This document shows, piece by piece, positions 44,419 through 53,896 of a stretch of 64,000 nucleotides of DNA (the stretch's first letter is position 1; the number at the start of each line of letters is the position of its first letter). The stretch is from Capsulimonadaceae bacterium (GTDB taxonomy: Bacteria; Armatimonadota; Armatimonadia; Armatimonadales; Capsulimonadaceae): positions 3,552,001-3,616,000 of the forward strand of contig OZ244065.1 in the NCBI GenBank assembly GCA_965215505.1. The letters run 5' to 3'. Both the position numbers and the translations under genes were made by a program. Below the pieces are notes generated by a model. It made no database searches. It had not been told where the DNA came from and saw only the letters and a list, made by a program, of their open reading frames with translations.

Positions 44419-45228
44419 TCACCTGGCTGCCGCCGCTTCCTGGACCGGAGCCGTTGCCGCTTCTTCGATCAGCCGGGCGATCTGCTGGGGGTGGGAGATG
44501 AAGGCCACATGGCTGGCCTTGATCTCGCTCGTGTGTGCGCCCATGCGCTTGGCGTAGAAGCGCTCCAGGTCCGGATTGATGGCCTGATCCTCCTGGGACA
44601 CCAAGTACCAGGATGGGACCGTCTTCCAGGCCGGGACGGGCACGGACTGGCCGAAGACCGCGCCGGCGAGCGGCTTCTGGGTGACCGCCATGATGTTCGC
44701 CTCGGCCGCCGGCACGTCGGCGCAGAAGACGGCGTGGAACTTGGCCCGGTCAATGTACAGGAAGCCGGCCGCGTCCGGCGCGACCGCTTTGGCGAGCGGG
44801 ATTTTGTCGTTGAACGCGCCGACCGGCTCCCCGGCTTCCGGGGCGAAGGCGGCCAGGTAGACCAGCGCCTTGACGTTCGGCTGGCCCGCCGCGCCCGTGA
44901 TGACCGCGCCGCCGTAGGAGTGGCCGACGACGACCACGGGGCCTTTCTGGGCGTCAATGACGCGCTTGGTGGTGATGACGTCGGCGTCCAGGGAGACGAG
45001 CGAGTTCTGCACGGCGATGACCGTGTAGCCGTCCTTCTCCAGCAGGGGGATGACGTGCTGCCAGCCCGTGCCGTCGGCGAACGCGCCGTGGACCAGCACG
45101 ATCACGGGCTTGGCGGCCGGGGCGGCAGTCGGCGTCAGGTCGGCGGCGCGGGCGGCCCCGAGGGAGCCGGTCACCGCCGCGAGGGAGAGGGCGACGAGAG
45201 AGAGTCGGTTTGTGCTGCTGAGTGTCAT
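44419..45228 (-). CDS. Secreted alpha/beta hydrolase
   Basis: Signal peptide, VLVHGAFADG, VGHSYGG. Confidence 0.9.
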   Translation of the reverse strand: MTLSSTNRLSLVALSLAAVTGSLGAARAADLTPTAAPAAKPVIVLVHGAFADGTGWQHVIPLLEKDGYTVIAVQNSLVSLDADVITTKRVIDAQKGPVVVVGHSYGGAVITGAAGQPNVKALVYLAAFAPEAGEPVGAFNDKIPLAKAVAPDAAGFLYIDRAKFHAVFCADVPAAEANIMAVTQKPLAGAVFGQSVPVPAWKTVPSWYLVSQEDQAINPDLERFYAKRMGAHTSEIKASHVAFISHPQQIARLIEEAATAPVQEAAAAR

Positions 45229-45307
45229 GGTCGTTTTTCCTTCTGTCTTTCTCCGAGTCTGTTGCCTGCGATTCAAATCCTGTAGGGGGCGCTGCTTGCT
45301 GCGCCCT

Positions 45308-45673
45308 CTAGTCTTGCTGCGCCCTCCAGTCTTGCTGCGGCTTCTTCCCTGCGGGGAACACGTCGCCGAACATCGGGATTCCGCTTCGGGACCGTTCCCG
45401 CGTCACCTCGTCCCGGATGACGTCCCAGTGATCGGCGAAGACGCCGTCCTTCAGGCGGATGATGTCCACCGCGACCCAATCCGCCGGCAGTCCGAGGCTG
45501 GAGTATCGGCCATGCATCATCACGAAGTCGCCCTCTGCGGCGATCAGGCCCGGCTCGTATTTCGCTGCGGGCGGGAGCGCCCGGACCAGGGCGAACAGGC
45601 CCTCCCGACCCGACGGGATGCTGGCGCTGTGCTGGGCGAGCGCCTTGTTGCGTTCCTGAGTGCTGATTTGCAT
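45308..45673 (-). pseudogene. SnoaL/NTF2-like protein, apparently internally deleted
   Basis: ERNKAL joins directly to QHS..IPSGREG; AEGDFVMMHGRY, DHWDV. Confidence 0.55.
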
Positions 45674-45688
45674 GTGTCCGGTCTCCTT

Positions 45689-46825
45689 TTATTTCTCGTT
45701 GTAGAATGGGTAGTCGGTGTAGCCGTGCGCGCCGCCCCCGTAGAAGGTCGCACGATCGGGCGCGTTAAGCGGTGCGCTCTTTCGGATGCGCTCGGGGAGG
45801 TCGGGGTTGGCGAGGAACAGCCGCCCGAAGGCGACGCCATCGGCCTCCCCCGATTTGACTGTCGCCGCCGCGCTTTCCGGCGTGTAGGCCGCCGCCGAGA
45901 TCAGCGGCCCGTCGAATAGGGGGCGGAACAGGGCGGCGTTGTTCACCGCCCGCGCGTGGAGGTCGTCGCTCAGGCCGATCTCGGAGCCGAGGGCTTCGAT
46001 CAGGTGCAGATACGCGATCCGGCGCTCACTTAGCCGGGCGATGACGTAGGAGAAAAGGCCGACGGGGTCACCGTCGGAGATGCCCCCGAACTGCCCGTGC
46101 GGCGACAGGCGCACCCCGAGCCGGTCCATGCCGATGGCCCCGCCGACCGCCTCCACCACTTCCAGGAGCAGCCGCGCCCGGTTCTCAATGCCGCCGCCGT
46201 AGCCGTCCGTGCGCTTGTTCGTCCCGTCCTCCAAGAACTGCTCCAGCAGGTGGCCGTTGGCCCCCTGGACGCAGGCCCCGTCGAACCCGGCCTCCATCGC
46301 ATTCACAGCCGCCCGGCGAAAGGAATCAACGATGCCGGGAAGCTCGGACGTTTCCAGGGCGCGCGGCGTCTCATAAGCGACCGCCTCAAAGGCGGGCGTG
46401 TGGGCCTGCCCGGTCGGCGGGATCGCGGACGGGGCGACGGGCAGTTCGCCGTCCGGCATGTACGAAGAGTGCGAGTTGCGGCCGTTGTGGGCGATCTGCA
46501 TGACGATCCGCCCGCCCCGCGCATGCACCCCGTCCGTGACGGCCCGCCAGCCTGCGACCTGGGCGGGCGTGAACGCGCCGGGGACATCGGGGTAGCCCTG
46601 CCCCTGCCGGCTGACCGTCGTGTCTTCCGTGAAGAGCAGCGCCGCCGAGGCGCGCTGGGCGTAGTATTCGGCGTTCAAGGCCGTGGGTATCCCGCCCGGC
46701 CCCGCCCGCATCCGGGTGAGCGGGGCCATGAGGACGCGGTGCGGGAGTTCGAGCGCCCCGAGCCGTAGGGGCGTGAAAAGCGTATCCGAGAGCGTGTCGG
46801 CAAGCAAAGTGTCCCTCCAGTCCAT
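45689..46825 (-). CDS. nemA: Old yellow enzyme family alkene reductase
   Basis: MAPLTRMRA, YYAQRAS, GANGHL, RTDGYGG, FLANPDL, GYTDYP. Confidence 0.88.
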   Translation of the reverse strand: MDWRDTLLADTLSDTLFTPLRLGALELPHRVLMAPLTRMRAGPGGIPTALNAEYYAQRASAALLFTEDTTVSRQGQGYPDVPGAFTPAQVAGWRAVTDGVHARGGRIVMQIAHNGRNSHSSYMPDGELPVAPSAIPPTGQAHTPAFEAVAYETPRALETSELPGIVDSFRRAAVNAMEAGFDGACVQGANGHLLEQFLEDGTNKRTDGYGGGIENRARLLLEVVEAVGGAIGMDRLGVRLSPHGQFGGISDGDPVGLFSYVIARLSERRIAYLHLIEALGSEIGLSDDLHARAVNNAALFRPLFDGPLISAAAYTPESAAATVKSGEADGVAFGRLFLANPDLPERIRKSAPLNAPDRATFYGGGAHGYTDYPFYNEK

Positions 46826-46827
46826 CG

Positions 46828-46893
46828 CAGTCGGGCCTCAACAGTGGGCCTAACAGTGGGCCTCAGCAGTGGGCCTCAGCAGTGGGCCTCAGC
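46828..46893. repeat. Degenerate 13-bp tandem repeat x5 (CAGTGGGCCTCAG) overlapping a stop codon
   Basis: Direct read. Confidence 0.8.
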
Positions 46894-47605
46894 GGAAAGT
46901 GATCTCGCCCATGTCTATGGCGACCAGCACCGGATCCGGCACCTTGACGTAATCGTCCTCGTAGGCGTAGATCCGCCGCCGGGTCGGGACGATGATGCCC
47001 TGCACGTCGCGGTACTCCGAGGCGTAGTTGAGGCCGGTCGCGCCGCCGAGGATGTCCACGGTGTAGTCGTGCCGGCGCAGCAGGCCGTCGGGGCCGAAGC
47101 AGGAGAACTGTTCACGGGTGTGGCTCTTCACCCAGTCCGGGAAGGTGACCTTCAGACGCCGCCACGTCTCACCGTCGGCCCGGATCGGGGCGATCTCCTC
47201 GGTCTGGAACCCCACCTGGGTGTAGAGGAAAGGGGTGTTGAGGTACGTCCACAGCGCCTCGCCCTGGAAGTAGGCGACGTGGATGTCGTCCCAGGGAGTC
47301 TCCCTCTGCTGCCACTCGAAGGACTTCTCCGGGTCGTCGCGGGCCTCAATCAGTGTCCCGTCCGCCCGCTCCATCACGACGCGGTCCGGCTGGAAGATCG
47401 AGCGCTTGTCCAAGCCGGGGAAGTCCGTGACCAGGCGCTCGGCCTTCGTGTCTACGGTCATGACCACGTCTTTAAGGACATCGGGCTTGCCCTTGACGTG
47501 CCAGATCGCCCCGGTGATCGCCGCCTCCACCCGCACCGTCGTCAGCTCGTTCCAGCGGTCCAGTCCGCCGTGCGCGTTGACCGCCGTTTTCAATAAGTCG
47601 TTCAT
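46889..47605 (-). CDS. Conserved hypothetical protein
   Basis: AHGGLDRW..PWDDIHVAYF..ALWTYLNTPF; GAAGGA RBS; in operon. Confidence 0.8.
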   Translation of the reverse strand: MNDLLKTAVNAHGGLDRWNELTTVRVEAAITGAIWHVKGKPDVLKDVVMTVDTKAERLVTDFPGLDKRSIFQPDRVVMERADGTLIEARDDPEKSFEWQQRETPWDDIHVAYFQGEALWTYLNTPFLYTQVGFQTEEIAPIRADGETWRRLKVTFPDWVKSHTREQFSCFGPDGLLRRHDYTVDILGGATGLNYASEYRDVQGIIVPTRRRIYAYEDDYVKVPDPVLVAIDMGEITFR

Positions 47606-47615
47606 GATCTTTCCT

Positions 47616-48488
47616 TCACTTGGTCGCGGAAAAGTCCGTGCCGTCGGTCACGGGCTGCCAGTCCGCGATCTCCTGCTCGATCCCGTCCGTCTTCCGGCGG
47701 TACTGGGCGACGCTGTCCGGCCCCAGCGGCAGGTGGACCGGCGGGCGGTCCGAGGCCGCCAGCCGGAGCAGCGCCTGCGCCAGCTTGGCGGGGTCCCCCG
47801 GCTGCGCGCCATGGAAGCCGCCGGCGCGCGCCCTCATCCGGCCGACGGTGTCCGCGTAGTCCGGGAGGGAGCCGGCCGCAGCGGCGAACGAGTCTGCGCC
47901 CAGGAAGTTGGTGCGGAACAGGCCCGGCTCGACGGCGGTGGCGAACAGCCCCAGCGGGGCGATCTCGGCGGCCAGGGCCTCGGTGATGCCCTCGACGGCG
48001 AACTTAGTCGAGGAGTAAATGCCCCACCCGACCTGACTGCCCAGGCCGTACATGGACGAGACGTTGATCACACGGCCCGCATGCCGGGAGCGCATGGGCG
48101 GCAGGACGGCGCGGGTGACGTTGAGCAGCCCGAAGACGTTGGTGTCGTACTGCCGCCGGACTTCGGCGTCCGACGCCTCCTCGACCCCGCCGAGCAGGCC
48201 GTAGCCGGCGTTGTTGACCAGGACATCAATGCGCCCGAACCGGGCGAGGGCCTGGGCCACGGCGGCTTTGACCTGCGCCTCGTCGGTGACATCCATGACG
48301 GCGACGAAGAGGCAGGGGTCGTTTTGAAGGGCCGCCCGCAGCGCCTCGGGCCGGCTGCGGACGGTGGCGACGACCTGATGGCCCGTCGCAAGGGCGGCTT
48401 TGGCGATCTCGAAGCCGAGGCCTTTGGCGGCCCCGGTCACGAGCCAGACTTGCTGGTCTTTCGTTTGCTTCTCCGTGTTCATTTGCAT
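47616..48488 (-). CDS. SDR family oxidoreductase
   Basis: TGAAKGLG, NNAGYG, YSSTK. Confidence 0.92.
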   Translation of the reverse strand: MQMNTEKQTKDQQVWLVTGAAKGLGFEIAKAALATGHQVVATVRSRPEALRAALQNDPCLFVAVMDVTDEAQVKAAVAQALARFGRIDVLVNNAGYGLLGGVEEASDAEVRRQYDTNVFGLLNVTRAVLPPMRSRHAGRVINVSSMYGLGSQVGWGIYSSTKFAVEGITEALAAEIAPLGLFATAVEPGLFRTNFLGADSFAAAAGSLPDYADTVGRMRARAGGFHGAQPGDPAKLAQALLRLAASDRPPVHLPLGPDSVAQYRRKTDGIEQEIADWQPVTDGTDFSATK

Positions 48489-48551
48489 CTCCGTTCTCCT
48501 TTTCTTGAAGTCGTGCTTATCATCCCAGGCCGGCATTCTCCGCAGCGTCCT

Positions 48552-48728
48552 CTAGACAGAAGGAAAGCGGAAAGCCTCCGCCCACGCGCCGTGGACGAGG
48601 ACGATGACCGGCCTGATGGAGTGGCCCGGTGTGTTGGCCGGGGCATCGGCGAGGGCGACCGCGCCTGCGGCGAGCGGGCCGACGGCGGCGAGAATGCCGA
48701 TTTTGGTCGTGAGCGTGCTGAGTTTCAT
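48552..48728 (-). pseudogene. Truncated alpha/beta hydrolase fragment
   Basis: Manual translation MKLSTLTTKIGILAAVGPLAAGAVALADAP..RPVIVLVHGAWAE then early stop; matches the N-terminus of 44419-45228. Confidence 0.7.
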
Positions 48729-48841
48729 GGTGTGTTCCTTTTCTCCTGCGTACCGAGGGGACGGCGGAGCCGGTGCTCTGCGTTCGCTCCTGCCGCGCCT
48801 CTGAGGAGCCGACGAGGACGCGAAGGCCTTCCCTCACGCCG

Positions 48842-49597
48842 TTACATGGTCGCTCCGCCGCCGGCGATGATCCGCTGGCCGTTGACCCAGTAGGCGTCGT
48901 CCGAGGCGAGGAAGGCGGCGATGCGGGCGATGTCCTCGGGCCGACCGATGCGGCCCAGCGGGGTGATCTTGAGCGTAGCGTCATAGAACGCGCCCTCCAG
49001 GACACCCTGGGACCGCGTCCCTTCCGTCTCGACCATGCCGGGGTTGAGGCCGTTGACGCGGATATGGCGCGCGCCCAGCTCTTTGGAGAGCGAAACCGTG
49101 ATCGAGTCCACCGCGCCTTTGGTGGCGGCGTAGATCGAGCCGTAGGCGGGCGGCATGGAGCCGACGATGGAGCCGATGTTGATGATCGAGCCGCCGTCCG
49201 GGCCGAAGAGCGGCAGGGCGGCCTGGGTGGAGAGCAGGAGGCCCAGGACATTCAGGTTGAACTGGCGGTGGAACTCAGCGGGCGTGACTTCCTCGATCGG
49301 GCCGAAGTCATAGACCCCGGCATTGTTGACGAGGATGTCGAGCTTCCTGTGCTGCTGCTTGACTGCGGCGAAGACACGGGTGATGTCTTCCGGCTTCGAG
49401 AAGTCGCCCTGAACGGCGGTGGCCGTGCCGCCGGCGGCGCAGATCTCGCTGACGACCTTGTCCGCGCCAGCTTGACTGGTGGCGTAGTTGACGACTACCG
49501 AAGCGCCGGCGTCGGCCAAATGCTTGGCGATGGACGCCCCGATGCCTTTGGAGGCTCCGGTGACGAGTGCGACCTTGTTTGTGAGCGTGTTCATCAT
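48842..49597 (-). CDS. SDR family oxidoreductase (FabG-like)
   Basis: TGASKGIG, NNAG, YAATK. Confidence 0.92.
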   Translation of the reverse strand: MMNTLTNKVALVTGASKGIGASIAKHLADAGASVVVNYATSQAGADKVVSEICAAGGTATAVQGDFSKPEDITRVFAAVKQQHRKLDILVNNAGVYDFGPIEEVTPAEFHRQFNLNVLGLLLSTQAALPLFGPDGGSIINIGSIVGSMPPAYGSIYAATKGAVDSITVSLSKELGARHIRVNGLNPGMVETEGTRSQGVLEGAFYDATLKITPLGRIGRPEDIARIAAFLASDDAYWVNGQRIIAGGGATM

Positions 49598-49791
49598 GAT
49601 CCGTCTCCTTCTTCCGTCGAGTGCCTTTTGTTCGGCCTGGGATGATTATCCCTGGCCTCCATTCCCGCAGCATTCTAATCGCAGGAGGAAAAGCGTTCCC
49701 GGCCCCGGAACTCTTTCTTGGGATACACATTCAAGTATCAGCAGAGCATCAAAGGAGCATCAAAGCTGCCCCATATCGAAAGGGAACCGCC

Positions 49792-52700
49792 ATGGCTATG
49801 ACCGCTGCGAAGGTCCCGCCAGACACTCCGCCGGATACAGTGCCGGTGGCCGCTGCACCGTTCACGATCACCCTGTTCGGGCCGATGCGTGTTCTCGTGG
49901 AAGGCAGGCCGCTGCCCCACATGCACTCGCGCAAGGCGCTCTGGCTGCTCGCGCTCCTGACGCTGCGCCATGGCCGGCCCGTGGAGCGGGAGTGGCTGGC
50001 CGGCACGCTCTGGCCCGACGCCGACCCGGTGCAGGCATTCGCCAGCCTGCGTCCGGTGTTGAGCGCGCTGCGCCAGGCCATGGGAAGTCAGGGGGGGCGG
50101 CTGCAATCCCCGAACCGCCATACCCTCTGCCTGGACCTAGTGGGGGCTGAGGTGGACGTTCTGGCGTTTGATCGCGCGGTCGCGAGTCAAAAGCCTGTGG
50201 CGACGGAGCAGGCGGTGGCGCTGTATCTCGGGCCGTTGCTCGAGGGGTGTGCCGAGGAGTGGGTGGCCCAGGAACGTGCCGCCCGCGAGCAGGATTTCCT
50301 CCAAGCGCTCCAGGCCCTGGCGGAGACCGCCCTCCGGGCGGGAGATCCGGGGGGGGCGGCCGGCCACCACCGGCGGGCGATCACCCTGGACCCCTGGCGG
50401 GAGGCCGCGCAGCGGGGGCTGATGGAGGCGCTCTCCCAAGGCGGGGAGGGCAATGCGGCCCTGGACGTCTATCAGGCCTTCGTGCGCCTCCTGCACAGAG
50501 ACGACCCGAGGGCGGCTCCCGACGAAGCGACGACCGCGCTCTACGCCCGCCTGCGCGCCGAAGCGCGGCGGCGGGCCGCCGCCCCGGTTGTGATCGCCCT
50601 CGAGGACGCAGCCGTCCCTACGGTGACCGGGTATCTTCCCCATCCACTCACGGGTCTGGTCGGACGCGAGGACGAGCGCGAGGAGGTCGTCGAGCGGCTG
50701 CGCCGGTCGCGGCTGGTGACTCTGACCGGGCCAGGCGGCATCGGTAAGACGCGGCTCGCCCTGGCAGTGGCTGAAGGGGCGGCCTCGGGCTTCGCCGACG
50801 GGGTCTGGCTCGTGGCTCTGGACGCTCTTTCCGAGGGCGCGCAGGTGCCCGCCCAGATCGCTCGCGTTCTGGGAGTGAAGGAAGAAACGGGCCGGACGGT
50901 GCGGGACACCCTGACCGGCCACTTGCGCGCCCGGCGGCTCCTGCTGGTACTGGACAACTGCGAGCACCTGCTGGAAGCGAGCGCCGGGATGGCTGCCCAC
51001 TTGCTCCGGGAGTGTGCGGGGCTGCGCGTTCTGGCGACGAGCCGGGAGGCGCTGGGCATCACCGGGGAGGTGGCCTGGGCCTTGCCGCCCCTTACTGTCC
51101 CCGACCCCGCCCACCTGCCGACGGGCGGGGCCACCCTCCTCCGGGTGCTGGCCGGGTACGAGGGCGTGCGGCTCTTCGTGGAGCGGGCACAGGGCGTGCA
51201 GAAGCTGTTCGCCCTGACGCGGGAAAACGCGCTGCCGGTGGCCCAGGTGTGCGCCCGCCTGGAAGGCATCCCGCTGGCAATCGAGCTGGCCGCCACGCGC
51301 ATCAGGTCCCTGACCGTCGAGCAGATCGCGGCCCGGCTGGACGATCACCTGGCGCTGCTGACAGGCGGGAACCGGACCGCCCAATCCCGCCAGCAGACAT
51401 TGCGGGCGACGCTCGACTGGTCGTATGGACTCCTCAGCGTGCCGGAGCAGGCCCTGCTGGAGCGCGTGGCGGTCTTCTCCGGCGGCTGGACCTTAGGGGC
51501 GGCCGAGGCGGTCTGTTCCGGGGAGGGGATCAAGGCGCGCGAGGTGCTGGACCTGCTGACATCACTGGTGGACAAGTCCCTGGTCATCTTCAAGGATGGG
51601 TTCAAGGATGGGTTCAAGGACGGGACCGACGGCGGAAGGTATCGCCTGCTGGAGATGGTACGGCAGTACGCCGCCGGGCGGCTGGGGAAGGGCGGCGGGG
51701 CGGACCGGCTCCAGGCCCGGCACCGAGACTTCTTCCTAGCACTGGCGGAGGAGACCGAGCCGCACCTGTGGGAGGCCGACCAGTGGGCGTGGCTGCGGCA
51801 CCTGGAGGCCGAGCGCGATAACCTGCGGGCCGCCCTGGCCTGGTGTGAGGAGGCCGCGCCGGGGGCGGAGGATGAGGCCGGGTTGCGGCTAGCGGGCGCT
51901 CTGTGGCTGTTCTGGTCCACGCACGGCGACTTCAGCGAGGGGCGGGGGCATCTGCACCGGGCGCTGGCCCGGCCGGGCGCTCAGCGGGCGACCGCCGCGC
52001 GAAGCCGGGCCCTTAAATGGGCCGGCAAACTCGCTGACCGTCAAGGCGATTACGAGGCGGCGCGGGCGCTGCACGAACAGAGCCTGGACATCGCCCGGCG
52101 GCTGGGGGACAAGAAGTGGATCGCCAGCGCCCTCGGCGACCTGAACGATCTGGCCCATCGTCAAGGCGACGTGGCTGCGGCACGGGCGTTCTATCAAGAG
52201 TCGCGCGCGTTCTATGAGGAGCGCCTGGACCTTTACCGGGAGTCGGGGGACAAGAGGGGCATGGCACACGAGATGGCCCACCTCGGTCTCCTGGCGTACA
52301 ATCAAGGCGACTATGGCTCGGCGCGGGCATTCGATGAAGAGTGCCTAGGCCTTTATCGGGAGATGCGTGACGCCACAGGCATCGTCATAGCACTCAACAA
52401 CTTGGGCGAAATCGCCTATCATCAAGGCGACCACGCCTCGGCACGGGCGTTCTACGAGGAGTGCCTAAACTTCTACCAGGAGTTGGGAGCCAAGCAGGGC
52501 ATCGCCAGACAGGTCGGTAACCTCGGTTTCCTGGCCCATCATCAGGGCGACCACGGGGCGGCGCGGGCGCTCTACGAGCAGAGCCTGGACCTCTACCGGG
52601 AGCTAGGGGACAGGAAGAGCGTCGTCGGCACGCTGAACGCCCTGGCCCTCGTCGTGGGGGATCAAGGGGACTACGGCTTGGCACGGGCGTTCCAGGAGGA

Positions 52701-53001
52701 GGAGATCCTCCTGTGCAAAGAGATGGGGGACCGGGCAGGGTTGGCAGGCGGGCTGGAGGGGATGGCGACGGTGCTGCTGGCGCAGGGGGAGACACACCGG
52801 GCGGTGCGCCTGTGGGGGGCGGCCCGGTCGCTGCGGGAGGGCATTGGCGCTCCCCTGCCTCTGGGTGAGCAGGAGGAGTACGACCGGGGGGTGGGTCAGG
52901 CCCGGCTGGCGCAGGGCGCGGACGCCTTTGCCGCCGCCTGGGAGCAGGGCCGGGCCATGACTTTGGAACAGGCGACCGCCCATGCGCTGGGGGGCGAGTA
53001 G
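49792..53001 (+). CDS. AfsR/SARP-type regulator: wHTH-BTAD, P-loop NTPase, TPR repeats
   Basis: REWLAGTLWPD, LDPWREAAQRGLM, GPGGIGKT, LVLDNCEH, GIPLAIELAA, TPR repeats. Confidence 0.9.
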   Translation: MAMTAAKVPPDTPPDTVPVAAAPFTITLFGPMRVLVEGRPLPHMHSRKALWLLALLTLRHGRPVEREWLAGTLWPDADPVQAFASLRPVLSALRQAMGSQGGRLQSPNRHTLCLDLVGAEVDVLAFDRAVASQKPVATEQAVALYLGPLLEGCAEEWVAQERAAREQDFLQALQALAETALRAGDPGGAAGHHRRAITLDPWREAAQRGLMEALSQGGEGNAALDVYQAFVRLLHRDDPRAAPDEATTALYARLRAEARRRAAAPVVIALEDAAVPTVTGYLPHPLTGLVGREDEREEVVERLRRSRLVTLTGPGGIGKTRLALAVAEGAASGFADGVWLVALDALSEGAQVPAQIARVLGVKEETGRTVRDTLTGHLRARRLLLVLDNCEHLLEASAGMAAHLLRECAGLRVLATSREALGITGEVAWALPPLTVPDPAHLPTGGATLLRVLAGYEGVRLFVERAQGVQKLFALTRENALPVAQVCARLEGIPLAIELAATRIRSLTVEQIAARLDDHLALLTGGNRTAQSRQQTLRATLDWSYGLLSVPEQALLERVAVFSGGWTLGAAEAVCSGEGIKAREVLDLLTSLVDKSLVIFKDGFKDGFKDGTDGGRYRLLEMVRQYAAGRLGKGGGADRLQARHRDFFLALAEETEPHLWEADQWAWLRHLEAERDNLRAALAWCEEAAPGAEDEAGLRLAGALWLFWSTHGDFSEGRGHLHRALARPGAQRATAARSRALKWAGKLADRQGDYEAARALHEQSLDIARRLGDKKWIASALGDLNDLAHRQGDVAAARAFYQESRAFYEERLDLYRESGDKRGMAHEMAHLGLLAYNQGDYGSARAFDEECLGLYREMRDATGIVIALNNLGEIAYHQGDHASARAFYEECLNFYQELGAKQGIARQVGNLGFLAHHQGDHGAARALYEQSLDLYRELGDRKSVVGTLNALALVVGDQGDYGLARAFQEEEILLCKEMGDRAGLAGGLEGMATVLLAQGETHRAVRLWGAARSLREGIGAPLPLGEQEEYDRGVGQARLAQGADAFAAAWEQGRAMTLEQATAHALGGE

Positions 53002-53029
53002 ACTTTCAGCCCGCCGCCTCCCCCGCGCC

Positions 53030-53821
53030 CTAGCCCACCCCCTTCGGCGGGTTGCGGCCGATCATCGGGTACTGCTCCAGCTCGACCACTGCGCCGCTGA
53101 CCGGGCCGCCGCCCGGCTCGACGAAGGCCAGGGCGAAGTGGGCGATCTCGTCGGGCGTCAGCAGGCGGCCCGAAGGGGCGCTCGAGGGCGGCAGGCGCTC
53201 CGGCCAGTCGCCGGGCAGGCCCTCGCGGAGCTTCAGGGCGTACTCGCTTTTCGTCAGCACCCAGCCCAGGTTGAAGTGGTTCACCCGGACGCCGTCCGGC
53301 CCGAGGGCGTCGGCTAGGTTGCGGGAGAGGGTCATCAGGGCGCCCTTGCTGACCGCATAGGCGAGCTGGTTCCTTTCGCCGCAGTAGCCGTTGACGCTGC
53401 CGATGTTCAGGACCGCCCCCCGGCCCCGTTTCAGGGACTCCAGCGCGGCCTGGATCAGCAGCAGGGGCGCGCGCGTGTTGACGGCCAGGGTGCGGTCGAA
53501 GACGTCCGCCGTGGTCGAGCCGAGGTCGCTGCGCGTCATCAGGGCGGCGTTGTTGACCAGGATGTCCAGCCCGCCGAACCGCTCCAAAACCGCCCCCACC
53601 AGGCGTGAACACCCCTCCGGGTCGGACAGGTCTTCGATGGTGTAGGCGGCCTCGCCGCCCCGGTCCGTGATGGCCCGGACCACCGGCTCGGCTTCGGACG
53701 CCGACAGCCCGTGGACCATGACCCTGGCACCCTCCGAGGCGAAGCGCACCGCCATCGCCTCGCCGATGCCGGTCGTCGAGCCGGTCACGAGGGCGATCCG
53801 GCCCGCGAGTCTGCCGCTCAT
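53030..53821 (-). CDS. SDR family oxidoreductase
   Basis: TGSTTGIG, NNAA, YAVSK. Confidence 0.9.
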   Translation of the reverse strand: MSGRLAGRIALVTGSTTGIGEAMAVRFASEGARVMVHGLSASEAEPVVRAITDRGGEAAYTIEDLSDPEGCSRLVGAVLERFGGLDILVNNAALMTRSDLGSTTADVFDRTLAVNTRAPLLLIQAALESLKRGRGAVLNIGSVNGYCGERNQLAYAVSKGALMTLSRNLADALGPDGVRVNHFNLGWVLTKSEYALKLREGLPGDWPERLPPSSAPSGRLLTPDEIAHFALAFVEPGGGPVSGAVVELEQYPMIGRNPPKGVG

Positions 53822-53896
53822 GTCTGAACCCTCCCTGTCTGAACCCTCCTGGTGGCGATTCTCCCCGCTTTCGCCGCGCGCGGGTATAATGACCGC

